Below are positions 12,701 to 24,700 of a DNA stretch of 64,000 nucleotides, piece after piece. The stretch is from the NCBI GenBank assembly GCA_964187785.1, contig OZ076410.1, positions 95,418,001-95,482,000 on the forward strand, given 5' to 3'. The translations under genes were made by a program, and so were the position numbers. Positions within the stretch are counted from its first letter, which is position 1. Each line of letters begins with the position of its first letter. The notes under the pieces were generated by a model, which did no database searches, was not told where the DNA came from, and worked only from the letters and a program-made list of their open reading frames with translations. This DNA is from Amphiscolops sp. MND2022 (Eukaryota).

Positions 12701-15700
12701 ATATCATGGATCTTCGTCATCAATCAAGTGCCATGTGCATCATCATGTTGGGGGGAGAAGACACACACCCGTGGTCTGCAACGAAAGTAGGGAACCCCAT
12801 ACCAGCCACTATCCCAGTCGACCGGTAGAATTTTTTTAAAGCTGCTATGATATAAAGGTTTTAAAAAAATTAAGATCTTTGTAATAAATTTCGTCGAACG
12901 CATCTCTGTCGCTCACAGTTCCGAGAACACAGGCCGCATTGTCGATCTGAAGAGCCATTGAAACCCGTTGCTTCAAATAGCTGCCAGCTGTGTGCGAACG
13001 ACAGATAATTTTACAGAGACGCGTGATGAAAATTTCACTGCTCTCGTCTAAAGATCCCTGTACTTCCAAGACCACCAGATGAAAAATGTATCCATTGTCT
13101 ATTAATTCGCGATAGTTCTCAATTTTACGCGCTTCAGCCTCGATGGCAGTGGTTCCCGGGTTGCATAAAGAGCCTTGATTCAGGCGACTGGGTACAAGAG
13201 CATCCACAACCATGACATCCCACACCAGCTGTTTACCCATTTCCCAAGGAATCATGGTAACACCGTCTGGGCGTTTGCCATCAGTTCGGTACAGTCCACG
13301 CGGTTCGAGCATTGAAGGCAAGTCGAGAGATCCCAACGTCTGCTTTATGAGAGAATTGAGAGTAGCTTGACGCGAGAAGCAACCAGCACTCTTGGTGCAA
13401 GAAAGACCGTGTAAACCGTCCCGTTCAACTCTTTTACCACAGTAGCAACGCAGATGTTGGCTCCGAGACGCAAACCAATTGAAATTCGAAGTGGCTGATT
13501 ATCAAGTTTCAGGCCTAGGTTCTTGCAAGGAACCACGTTCAGCCATTGAGACCCGAATTTGCCTTGATGGGCGTTTAGAATGCAATTAGAATGTTTTTAC
13601 AATGAAATCAATCCAAGGATCCCTCGAACTCAATCCAAGCACGGGACATGCCAAGCGAAACGTTTCATTGAGGCTCAAGAAAACTTTACGATGACAGCTT
13701 AACGAAATATTCATATGAAAGTGACCAGAGGAGAACCCAAGGCATTCATGGAACGAACTCTCATCGACTAAGAGATTCAGCAAATGCTTCTCCTCAGACA
13801 AATCTGATGTGGAGATAAAAAAAATACCAATGGTGAATCTGAACTGATGACTTGAAGTTTCTCCGAGGCCTCAAAGTCAACAGCAGTCGAATAAGCAATC
13901 AGAAACCAGATCAGTTAACCCGACCAATCTTTACCCGAAATTTGTCCAGTTCCGATCTGTAAGTGACAATATCTGGTTTGACTTACCGAGTACAACACTC
14001 ATGATAATGAAATGGATTTAATGCCCTCATGTACAACACTTGTTAAATACGACTTACTGATGTTTCCAACATTTACAAAATTTTCCTAGTTTTGAAAAAA
14101 CGGACGGCTCAAACATTTAAAAAATATTTTCAGACCAAAAATCAATTCTTTGCTTTGTTAGGTAAATCTTGAAAATGTCTGGCTATTTAGTTTTAAGGGT
14201 GTTTTGTTTTGAATAACTGTTATTCCTATGATGAAATACTTTCTTATTCATCCCCACCCATTGTCTTAATGTCTAGACTTATATGTACGCACTGCTTTGA
14301 ATGTTGATGTATACTCAATTGTATTAATCATTTATTCTTCATCTGTCAAGCCTTTTTGACTTATTTTAACACAACTGAAATAAACGTTCTATCAGAACTA
14401 TATCGAGACCTAATACTGCAGCTCTGTCAGCGTCTCTTCAAAGTACTTGCACAACTCCAACTTCTCTTCATAAGATCATCTTGATCTGAAACAAATCCTA
14501 AACAACTAAAAATTACTCTAAATGATGCAACCATTTCATGATTCTTTCCGTTCATCCTTTCCTTCCTTCCTTCTGTATAGTCACAAAATATAAAGAGATT
14601 CGACATTCTGTCGGTACAACCCAATTTGTTTCTGTACTAATCACAAAACCAAACAAAGATTTGACATCTTGTCGGTGCAAACTCTTCAGAACTAATTGCT
14701 GCTCGTGATTCACATTTTTGCGTGTACGTTTTTTCTGTATTAACCATTCTCACAAGTGGTTCCACTTCGTAGTCGGTACAAATCAATCTTCCGTACTAAC
14801 CAAATAAATTTTGGTTCAACAATTCTCTCATGGTCCACTCTTTCCTGCCTTCTTTAAATGATTCCAAATGTATTTTTTAATTTGGGTTATATAATTTTGG
14901 GTTTACTCGTTGTCGACAAGTTTATGAATGATTTCAATCCCCGATAATTTCCATAACGCCTTACATCCTCTTAACCGAGAATCCTGCCACTATCATTCGT
15001 TTTTTTCTCTCTTACGTTTTTGCAATACTTGACATTTTAATGCTTTTCATTGACAGAATTGCTGCTTCCTGTTTTTCATTATTACGTTTCACCAATCCTT
15101 CTATTACTTCCAGCCCATTCAACCGTTCTCTCATATTTCCATTTCACTCCAACTGCTAACACTCCACATCACTTTCATTTTCACAAAAACTCCCGTTCCC
15201 CTCTGATTACTTCATCTTTTAAGTTTTAACTCTCTCTCCCAGTTTTATGCTCTTCTCCTTTTTGAACCCTGATCCAATTTTAGCACTCTTCCATCTTTTA
15301 ATTTCAACAATTCTCAATCTCCTCTCCTTAACGTATTTTTATCCTCAACTCTTTTTTTCCGTTGTAAAATTGCTTGTGTTAATTTCCCTAGGCAATGTTC
15401 TCCTGAAAAAAGTGTCCCTTTAACAGCAACTCCTCAAAACAGGTCTCCCCTTCTTCCATAGTCTTCTCAATTTTAATGTTGTTCATTTCAATAATCTCTT
15501 TTCTGACGATCAATGTCTCAAAATGTCTTGAACTTCCCCTTCCTGTTCGACTCTATGCAAAATATATTACTCAACCTCCATCTTTTGACACCACCTCAGT
15601 TGCTACTTTACCAACTATTCCTTCATCATCTAATGTTTTAGAACAAACTCATTCTTTTGGTAATCCACCTCCAAACATAGATCCACCGCCTCCACATTCT

Positions 15701-18700
15701 TTAATTCAACCTAAAACCAACCACTCAACCATCTACTTCTCTTTCACAACAAAAAATTACTCCATCTGGTTCCCCTATTCCTCCATCTATAATTCCTGTC
15801 ACCGCCCAACATTATGCCTCTTTCCAAAATGTCCCTCCTCTACAACCGATTCCTCTTTTTTTTTCATCACACCATTACTAATCAAGGACAACCTCATGTA
15901 GATGAGAAAGATGTCATTTTCAATTATATATTTTGGAGAAATTACTAACTCGAGCAGCTGACATGTAGAAGACGATGTTTTTGAAAACTTTGTAAGTTTC
16001 CAGAGAATTGTCTTCAGCCATCATGAAGAAGATCTCGGTATTTTCGTCTATCTCATTAAATTTGTTGAAGTTCTCTATCGTGCTAAGAATTTCAGTTGTG
16101 CTTGGAAATTTACTGTCTGAAGCATCTGTAAAAATTGAAACACAAATTTGTGCTATTCCAATATAAACGATTTTATCATGTAATGTTATGGAAGCACTTT
16201 TCATCGAACATCTTACCGAACGCTTGCTTGAATTCGGCGGCTGCTTCGGAAGTTATGAAGTTCTCGTCCTCATCTTGGGTCTGAAAAATTGCAAATGCTT
16301 CATCGCGTTGTTCGTTGGTTAGAAGATGAAATCTAAGGTACACAAAATAGTGCTTTTTAATTTCGCGGCAACACATTTTGACGTGCGTTACACTCTAATT
16401 TATACAACCCATTGTATGGTGGGACCGCATTCAACACTTGAGGGGCAACAGAAGAAGGGACCTGCTTTTTTGAAGAAGACGATGAAGAAAGTTAATTTCC
16501 CCAATTCTCCGCGGAGTGGACGTCGAGTAAGCAGTTCTGCTTTCCTAAGTCGGCGCCCTTTCGGATACTATCTCCCCATAGGAAGCTATGGTACCATATT
16601 GGGAACAAAATTGTCACGCTGACTTGAAGCTGTGGTTTCAAAGTGACTTGCTCAAGGTCAAAACGGTCTGACTGCTCACCTTTGCTCTTTTTGTTTTGCT
16701 TTTCTCCGCCAAATGCGTTATTTTTTGTCACTGACCATACCACTGATCTAGGGATGAAGGACTTGCTTAAGGGCCAACAATGGTGAGTTGAGAGGTTCGA
16801 ACCTGATACCGCCCCATTACAGACCGAATGCTCTAACCACTACGCCATGCTCCCCCATACCTTTGTTATCTTTTTGAACGTACAGCAGCGTTGTCACACA
16901 ATATAACACACTTTGCAAAGTGCAGAAAACCACACCTCAAATTCAAAGCTTTGACATATTCGAAGACAATTCAGCTGAAAAAATATGATTTCTTCTCAGC
17001 CTAGTGAAACACTTGTGCACTTACCCAACGTTCTGAATAAAAATTGTATTACCATTCTTGGGAAATCTGTAGTGACCACGGCTGGCTCTCCAGTCCTTCC
17101 GATCCAAGTGACATCTTTGTTAAGAAGGAATTTAAGTACATCAATAACACATCTATGTACATCATTCCGATAAACAAGAGTTTTCAACATTTTAAAATCT
17201 TTTTCCCAGTTTTCACGTTTTGTTCTTTCAATTTTTTATGTCGGCACCTTTTCCTTTAAAGGAAAAAGCCCGACTATTACACTGACTAGTTTGTTTTCGT
17301 CAGACAACAGAATGTATGCGCAGTGGATACTTCTTACAGAACTACTAAACTACTGGACCGGCAACCGTAAACGCATCTCAGTTAGTCCAAAGGTCCCCCT
17401 TTCATTTTTCTATTTTAACGTACGTAAGATACAAAATCGGATGAGACTATAGGGTCCCTCCCCCTTTGATTGTTTTTGTCTCCAAAGGGCCCCCCTTCAA
17501 TGTTCTTGATATTTTGCAACAAACTGGATTTTCAAAATGCCCAAAGGGTCTCTCCCCCTTCTACAATTTCAAAAAGTTTGCGATTTTTAAGCATTAGATA
17601 TAGCACCGACTTTAGACGTTCTCGTCGTGTTAGAGATTGCAAATTGCGGTTTCCAATGACATTGACAACCTAAAGATGGAAGCAACTGGAAGAACAACGT
17701 AATCAAGCGGGCGGACTAGAACATTGACTTTGTAATTGGCGATATAATTTCGAACAATCAGAGTGCAACAAAGAATGCCAGAAGTGATCACATTCAACAT
17801 TCAGAGCTTTGGCACTTTTTCTACTCGTTGTTGGGACGAAAACTTCATTGGTAATATGGGTAATATGTTTGATTCCCTTGTGGCAGACAACGAACTTTGT
17901 AAAAAGCAAATCGGAAGTTGAACCCACGAAAACACTAATGGTCTTTGCACTGTTAGACAGTGCAGGATTTCAATAACGGCGAGACTCAAATGAAAGATTT
18001 TGAATTATGAGTGGAGTCACAAGTCTACAATAAAACACCAGAATGCTGCAATTAGAATTTTTTCCCTTTTTAATTTTTTTCCTCTATCAGATATCATGGA
18101 TCTTCGTCATCAATCAAGTGCCATGTGCATCATCATGTTGGGGGGAGAAGACACACACCCGTGGTCTGCAACGAAAGTAGGGAACCCCATACCAGCCACT
18201 ATCCCAGTCGACCGGTAGAATTTTTTTAAAGCTGCTATGATATAAAGGTTTTAAAAAAATTAAGATCTTTGTAATAAATTTCGTCGAACGCATCTCTGTC
18301 GCTCACAGTTCCGAGAACACAGGCCGCATTGTCGATCTGAAGAGCCATTGAAACCCGTTGCTTCAAATAGCTGCCAGCTGTGTGCGAACGACAGATAATT
18401 TTACAGAGACGCGTGATGAAAATTTCACTGCTCTCGTCTAAAGATCCCTGTACTTCCAAGACCACCAGATGAAAAATGTATCCATTGTCTATTAATTCGC
18501 GATAGTTCTCAATTTTACGCGCTTCAGCCTCGATGGCAGTGGTTCCCGGGTTGCATAAAGAGCCTTGATTCAGGCGACTGGGTACAAGAGCATCCACAAC
18601 CATGACATCCCACACCAGCTGTTTACCCATTTCCCAAGGAATCATGGTAACACCGTCTGGGCGTTTGCCATCAGTTCGGTACAGTCCACGCGGTTCGAGC

Positions 18701-21700
18701 ATTGAAGGCAAGTCGAGAGATCCCAACGTCTGCTTTATGAGAGAATTGAGAGTAGCTTGACGCGAGAAGCAACCAGCACTCTTGGTGCAAGAAAGACCGT
18801 GTAAACCGTCCCGTTCAACTCTTTTACCACAGTAGCAACGCAGATGTTGGCTCCGAGACGCAAACCAATTGAAATTCGAAGTGGCTGATTATCAAGTTTC
18901 AGGCCTAGGTTCTTGCAAGGAACCACGTTCAGCCATTGAGACCCGAATTTGCCTTGATGGGCGTTTAGAATGCAATTAGAATGTTTTTACAATGAAATCA
19001 ATCCAAGGATCCCTCGAACTCAATCCAAGCACGGGACATGCCAAACGAAACGTTTCATTGAGGCTCAAGAAAACTTTACGATGACAGCTTAACGAAATAT
19101 TCATATGAAAGTGACCAGAGGAGAACCCAAGGCATTCATGGAACGAACTCTCATCGACTAAGAGATTCAGCAAATGCTTCTCCTCAGACAAATCTGATGT
19201 GGAGATAAAAAAAATACCAATGGTGAATCTGAACTGATGACTTGAAGTTTCTCCGAGGCCTCAAAGTCAACAGCAGTCGAATAAGCAATCAGAAACCAGA
19301 TCAGTTAACCCGACCAATCTTTACCCGAAATTTGTCCAGTTCCGATCTGTAAGTGACAATATCTGGTTTGACTTACCGAGTACAACACTCATGATAATGA
19401 AATGGATTTAATGCCCTCATGTACAACACTTGTTAAATACGACTTACTGATGTTTCCAACATTTACAAAATTTTCCTAGTTTTGAAAAAACGGACGGCTC
19501 AAACATTTAAAAAATATTTTCACACCAAAAATCAATTCTTTGCTTTGTTAGGTAAATCTTGAAAATGTCTGGCTATTTAGTTTTAAGGGTGTTTTGTTTT
19601 GAATAACTGTTATTCCTATGATGAAATACTTTCTTATTCATCCCCACCCATTGTCTTAATGTCTAGACTTATATGTACGCACTGCTTTGAATGTTGATGT
19701 ATACTCAATTGTATTAATCATTTATTCTTCATCTGTCAAGCCTTTTTGACTTATTTTAACACAACTGAAATAAACGTTCTATCAGAACTATATCGAGACC
19801 TAATACTGCAGCTCTGTCAGCGTCTCTTCAAAGTACTTGCACAACTCCAACTTCTCTTCATAAGATCATCTTGATCTGAAACAAATCCTAAACAACTAAA
19901 AATTACTCTAAATGATGCAACCATTTCATGATTCTTTCCGTTCATCCTTTCCTTCCTTCCTTCTGTATAGTCACAAAATATAAAGAGATTCGACATTCTG
20001 TCGGTACAACCCAATTTGTTTCTGTACTAATCACAAAACCAAACAAAGATTTGACATCTTGTCGGTGCAAACTCTTCAGAACTAATTGCTGCTCGTGATT
20101 CACATTTTTGCGTGTACGTTTTTTCTGTATTAACCATTCTCACAAGTGGTTCCACTTCGTAGTCGGTACAAATCAATCTTCCGTACTAACCAAATAAATT
20201 TTGGTTCAACAATTCTCTCATGGTCCACTCTTTCCTGCCTTCTTTAAATGATTCCAAATGTATTTTTTAATTTGGGTTATATAATTTTGGGTTTACTCGT
20301 TGTCGACAAGTTTATGAATGATTTCAATCCCCGATAATTTCCATAACGCCTTACATCCTCTTAACCGAGAATCCTGCCACTATCATTCGTTTTTTTCTCT
20401 CTTACGTTTTTGCAATACTTGACATTTTAATGCTTTTCATTGACAGAATTGCTGCTTCCTGTTTTTCATTATTACGTTTCACCAATCCTTCTATTACTTC
20501 CAGCCCATTCAACCGTTCTCTCATATTTCCATTTCACTCCAACTGCTAACACTCCACATCACTTTCATTTTCACAAAAACTCCCGTTCCCCTCTGATTAC
20601 TTCATCTTTTAAGTTTTAACTCTCTCTCCCAGTTTTATGCTCTTCTCCTTTTTGAACCCTGATCCAATTTTAGCACTCTTCCATCTTTTAATTTCAACAA
20701 TTCTCAATCTCCTCTCCTTAACGTATTTTTATCCTCAACTCTTTTTTTCCGTTGTAAAATTGCTTGTGTTAATTTCCCTAGGCAATGTTCTCCTGAAAAA
20801 AGTGTCCCTTTAACAGCAACTCCTCAAAACAGGTCTCCCCTTCTTCCATAGTCTTCTCAATTTTAATGTTGTTCATTTCAATAATCTCTTTTCTGACGAT
20901 CAATGTCTCAAAATGTCTTGAACTTCCCCTTCCTGTTCGACTCTATGCAAAATATATTACTCAACCTCCATCTTTTGACACCACCTCAGTTGCTACTTTA
21001 CCAACTATTCCTTCATCATCTAATGTTTTAGAACAAACTCATTCTTTTGGTAATCCACCTCCAAACATAGATCCACCGCCTCCACATTCTTTAATTCAAC
21101 CTAAAACCAACCACTCAACCATCTACTTCTCTTTCACAACAAAAAATTACTCCATCTGGTTCCCCTATTCCTCCATCTATAATTCCTGTCACCGCCCAAC
21201 ATTATGCCTCTTTCCAAAATTTCCCTCCTCTACAACCGATTCCTCTTTTTTTTTCATCACACCATTACTAATCAAGGACAACCTCATTCTTTTATACCAT
21301 CATTTTCTCCCAACTCTTTCCTCTTCTACTGATCACCCTCAACCATCTCTTCTTACATATCCTTCAATTTTTCGTCCATCCACTTTCAATTCCACTACCA
21401 CTTCGTACAATTATAATGCATCACTCCACCCAGGTTTTCATAACTTTCCACAGCCTTCCTCTTCCCCTCCTTTTCCTAATCCTCTTCCACCATTTCTTTC
21501 TACGCACCCTCGCAATCCAACTCCTTCTCAACATCCTCCATCTGTTTTTCAAATGACTCCTTCTGTTCCTTTGGTTGCTCTTTCAGATCCATTAAACTTT
21601 TTGATGGGTTGGATCAAACATAACCTCTTGAAAGTTTTTCACTCACCTCTGTGCACGCGTAACACTTCAACTTCGACGTGAACTCCTTCATATTCAATCA

Positions 21701-24700
21701 TATTTAAATTGACACTCTAGACGTAGGTTCCTTTCACTTCGCTTTGGGTTCTCTTTCGCTTGAACGCTCCTCCAGTTGTAATAATCACTCTTTTAGACGA
21801 TACAAATCACCATATCGATCAGCCTCTGAACCACGTAGTGATCGTTATGGGAGCAGATTACACTCAAATGCAAATACACACTCCAATTATACCTACAAAC
21901 TCACCATCAATCTCACTCGACAGCCCACTTCATCCTCTCATACCCAGACCTTCTCTGAACCTAAATTTGAAATCAACATGTATCATCCAGCTACTTCCCC
22001 TAGTATGAAACACTCTACTTCCTTTAAGAATCATGCTAACGCTATAAACTCGAAATGTGCAAGTCCACTTCGCAGTAACAAATATTAAATACAATATTCG
22101 CGGTACACTTTTTTTGAAAAGAATGTCAAAACAACAAATATTGATTATATGTCTTTACCGTTAGTTCATTACATTCATGTATTTAAAATTTTACACTTAC
22201 ATCACATTAATGAATCTCATGTTAATGCTCTTCCTTTTACTGCTTACAAAGAAAAAGACAACACATTTTCCTCATATATCAGGAAACAATCCTAGATTAA
22301 ATTCTCACGAATAAAACATAATTCGAACCTAACGCTTCTCAAGTTATCCATTTTCCATCTCAACCAACTCATCCTTTAACATTTGAAACTTCTGAAAGTA
22401 AAGTCATATGAAGTCATTCAACTCCTCATCCATATTATGACACAATTTTTTTGCTCTCTTTTATTTTTCTCCAAGTTTATCAAATTACCGAACTTGATGC
22501 GGAAAGTTGCTCTGTAATGTTTCAAATTATTACCCATCACTCTGCAGTCTTCTCACCAGGATAAAGTGGCTATATCGAAGTTCGAACTACTAATATTAAA
22601 CTAAAAAATTAAAAGTTAATGATGTTACCTCCCTTATCCACACTATAATTGATTCACATCATCCAGATCTCTGAGAACCCAAACCTCTTGTCGGTCTTCA
22701 CTCCGAGAAACGAATATAGAAATAAAGAACTTACAACCCTCTCAAATTTTGAAAAGACCACTTTCTCCTTTACCGCATTCACCTGAATTTCAACATTTTT
22801 TCAACAAATACTTTGCCGGCAATCTCTTCTGTCCACATCGCTCATCATCTGACGCCTTCTCCAGCCTTCCTTTTTTTCCCATTAGATGCCGTTGCCACAA
22901 ACTCCCTTCTACGAGAATGCTCCGCTGTCAGGCAGTTGACCCAGAAACTCCAAACTCGCAGGCCACGTCATCCCAAACGCCGTCAACTGCCCCAGGTGAA
23001 GCAGGCACCATCACAAAGAGAATTGTTCATTTTGTTGCGTACTTGCAACTTATAACGAAGCTCTTAAACAATACGAAACCTATTTAGACGAATTGATTTC
23101 CAAATAACTCAATAAATTAAATACAATTGACAATAAATCAAAATGAATCAAAATCAAATAAAATCACTACCCATTTAGTCACCCCCACATCATATAAATC
23201 CCTACGTTTTACGCAGCCCTTTTATCAACCCATCACTATTCAAATACCCCCAAAACGGTAATACTTGTGCACAACATTACCATCATTTCCCAACGATATG
23301 ATCACATATCCCTTCACATCTTTGTCAATTTATTACAACTTTTCCTCAACCGCCTTCAACCCTGCTCTAATCTCCATCAAAATTGAATCACTTACACCAA
23401 CCCCCTTCTTCCCTTTATCGTTTGATTGCTCTAGCTACTTCCTTACAGGACTTCAAACAACGTAATTCTATTTTTTTTCTAATTTTGGTAAACTCAGTTA
23501 TAAAAAACAACATACAATGATGCCGCCTCCCTTAATATGTCTCTCTAATTGTATTTCTCGTCTACTTCAAACTATAGTTAATGGTCTTCACCCTGTCTAA
23601 AACGTATTTATGTAAAGGTCGTTCCTTCTGAACAAAATATAAAATTTCATTATGATGTATTACTTTTGCACTTAGCTATAATTTCTGTTCTACTGTACTT
23701 TTCTATTTTTGTATTGTTTTAGGCACATTCTCGTTCTTTCTTCTATCTCTCATTTTGACCTGGTCTTTACCACTTCTTTGAAAAATTCCTACCTCAAATA
23801 AATACACAAAACTTTTTTTCCAAAAAACTCCTGATTTTAACCCACCTCCTACCAAATCTTTAATTCTCAATTACTCCGGTATTAAATGACATCCTACCTT
23901 TTTTTGACCCTCCTAGTAAGATTAAATGAACAATTTACCCTTAACCTCGACAGTACTTTTGTCCCCAAATGAGGACAGCGATTTTTTTCACAATCAATAA
24001 AATATTACGAAACGCAAATGCTTATAGGAAAACGAAATGTTGTTTTTTCTAATCAACAACCTACTGGACTACTTGGGGCGAGTTGTTATTTGTGTCAATA
24101 TAGTTTGTTTTCCGAACCACCGCCCAAAGGGGAACTAGAAAAAAGTGAAAATTTGCAAAAAAATACTTTTCAGATAATTAACTTTTTTTCAATACCACAG
24201 CAACTGTTTGCTAAGTTACTGTCACACTCTAGTAACACAGTTTGCCACTATTGAAACCGCATATAGAAGTTTTTTTAATGGAGTCTCAGCGGAGATTTCC
24301 AGTTGCATTTGAAAGGCCCGGCGAAGCCGGTCCTGCGCCCCAGGGGTGACGCTCTCACCCCAAAAGTGGCGCCAACTGCCAGCCTAACTAGTGTCCACTT
24401 AAAAACTCAGGTAAAGGGCTTTCAGGAGCAGAAAACCGATTTGAGTTGTGGCTATTATTCGTGGACGAATTAGGCTTTGAAAAAATTTTTCCTATTTTTC
24501 GTCACTTTTTCATCTTCCCGGTGTACTGTCGAGGTTAAGAATGATTTTCACTCTAATGGTGTTTTCCAGTCTTCTCTGTCAATGACAAAAACTGCCTTTC
24601 ATTTGGTTACTGTCGAGTGTACTCGCGAGGTTAAGAATGATTTTCACTCCAATGGTGTTTTCCACCACCAAAGAAAGGCCACCACTTTGAAAAACCTGTT

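Larger units (their letters stand above)
10504..21283. repeat. Near-identical tandem duplication, 2 x 5390 bp (10504-15893, 15894-21283)
   Basis: All ORFs recur at +5390; TCAT microhomology at 10504, 15894 and 21284; only a few SNPs noticed. Confidence 0.97.

Noticed and set aside
13586-14085. Additional host exons (ENFVNVGNI; DLSEEKHLL...)
   Set aside because: Good individual splice sites, but I could not chain them into one consistent frame; left unresolved.
20866-21681. 271-aa ORF as a real gene
   Set aside because: Low-complexity S/P/T/F product of the pyrimidine-rich, G-poor decayed element; no motifs.
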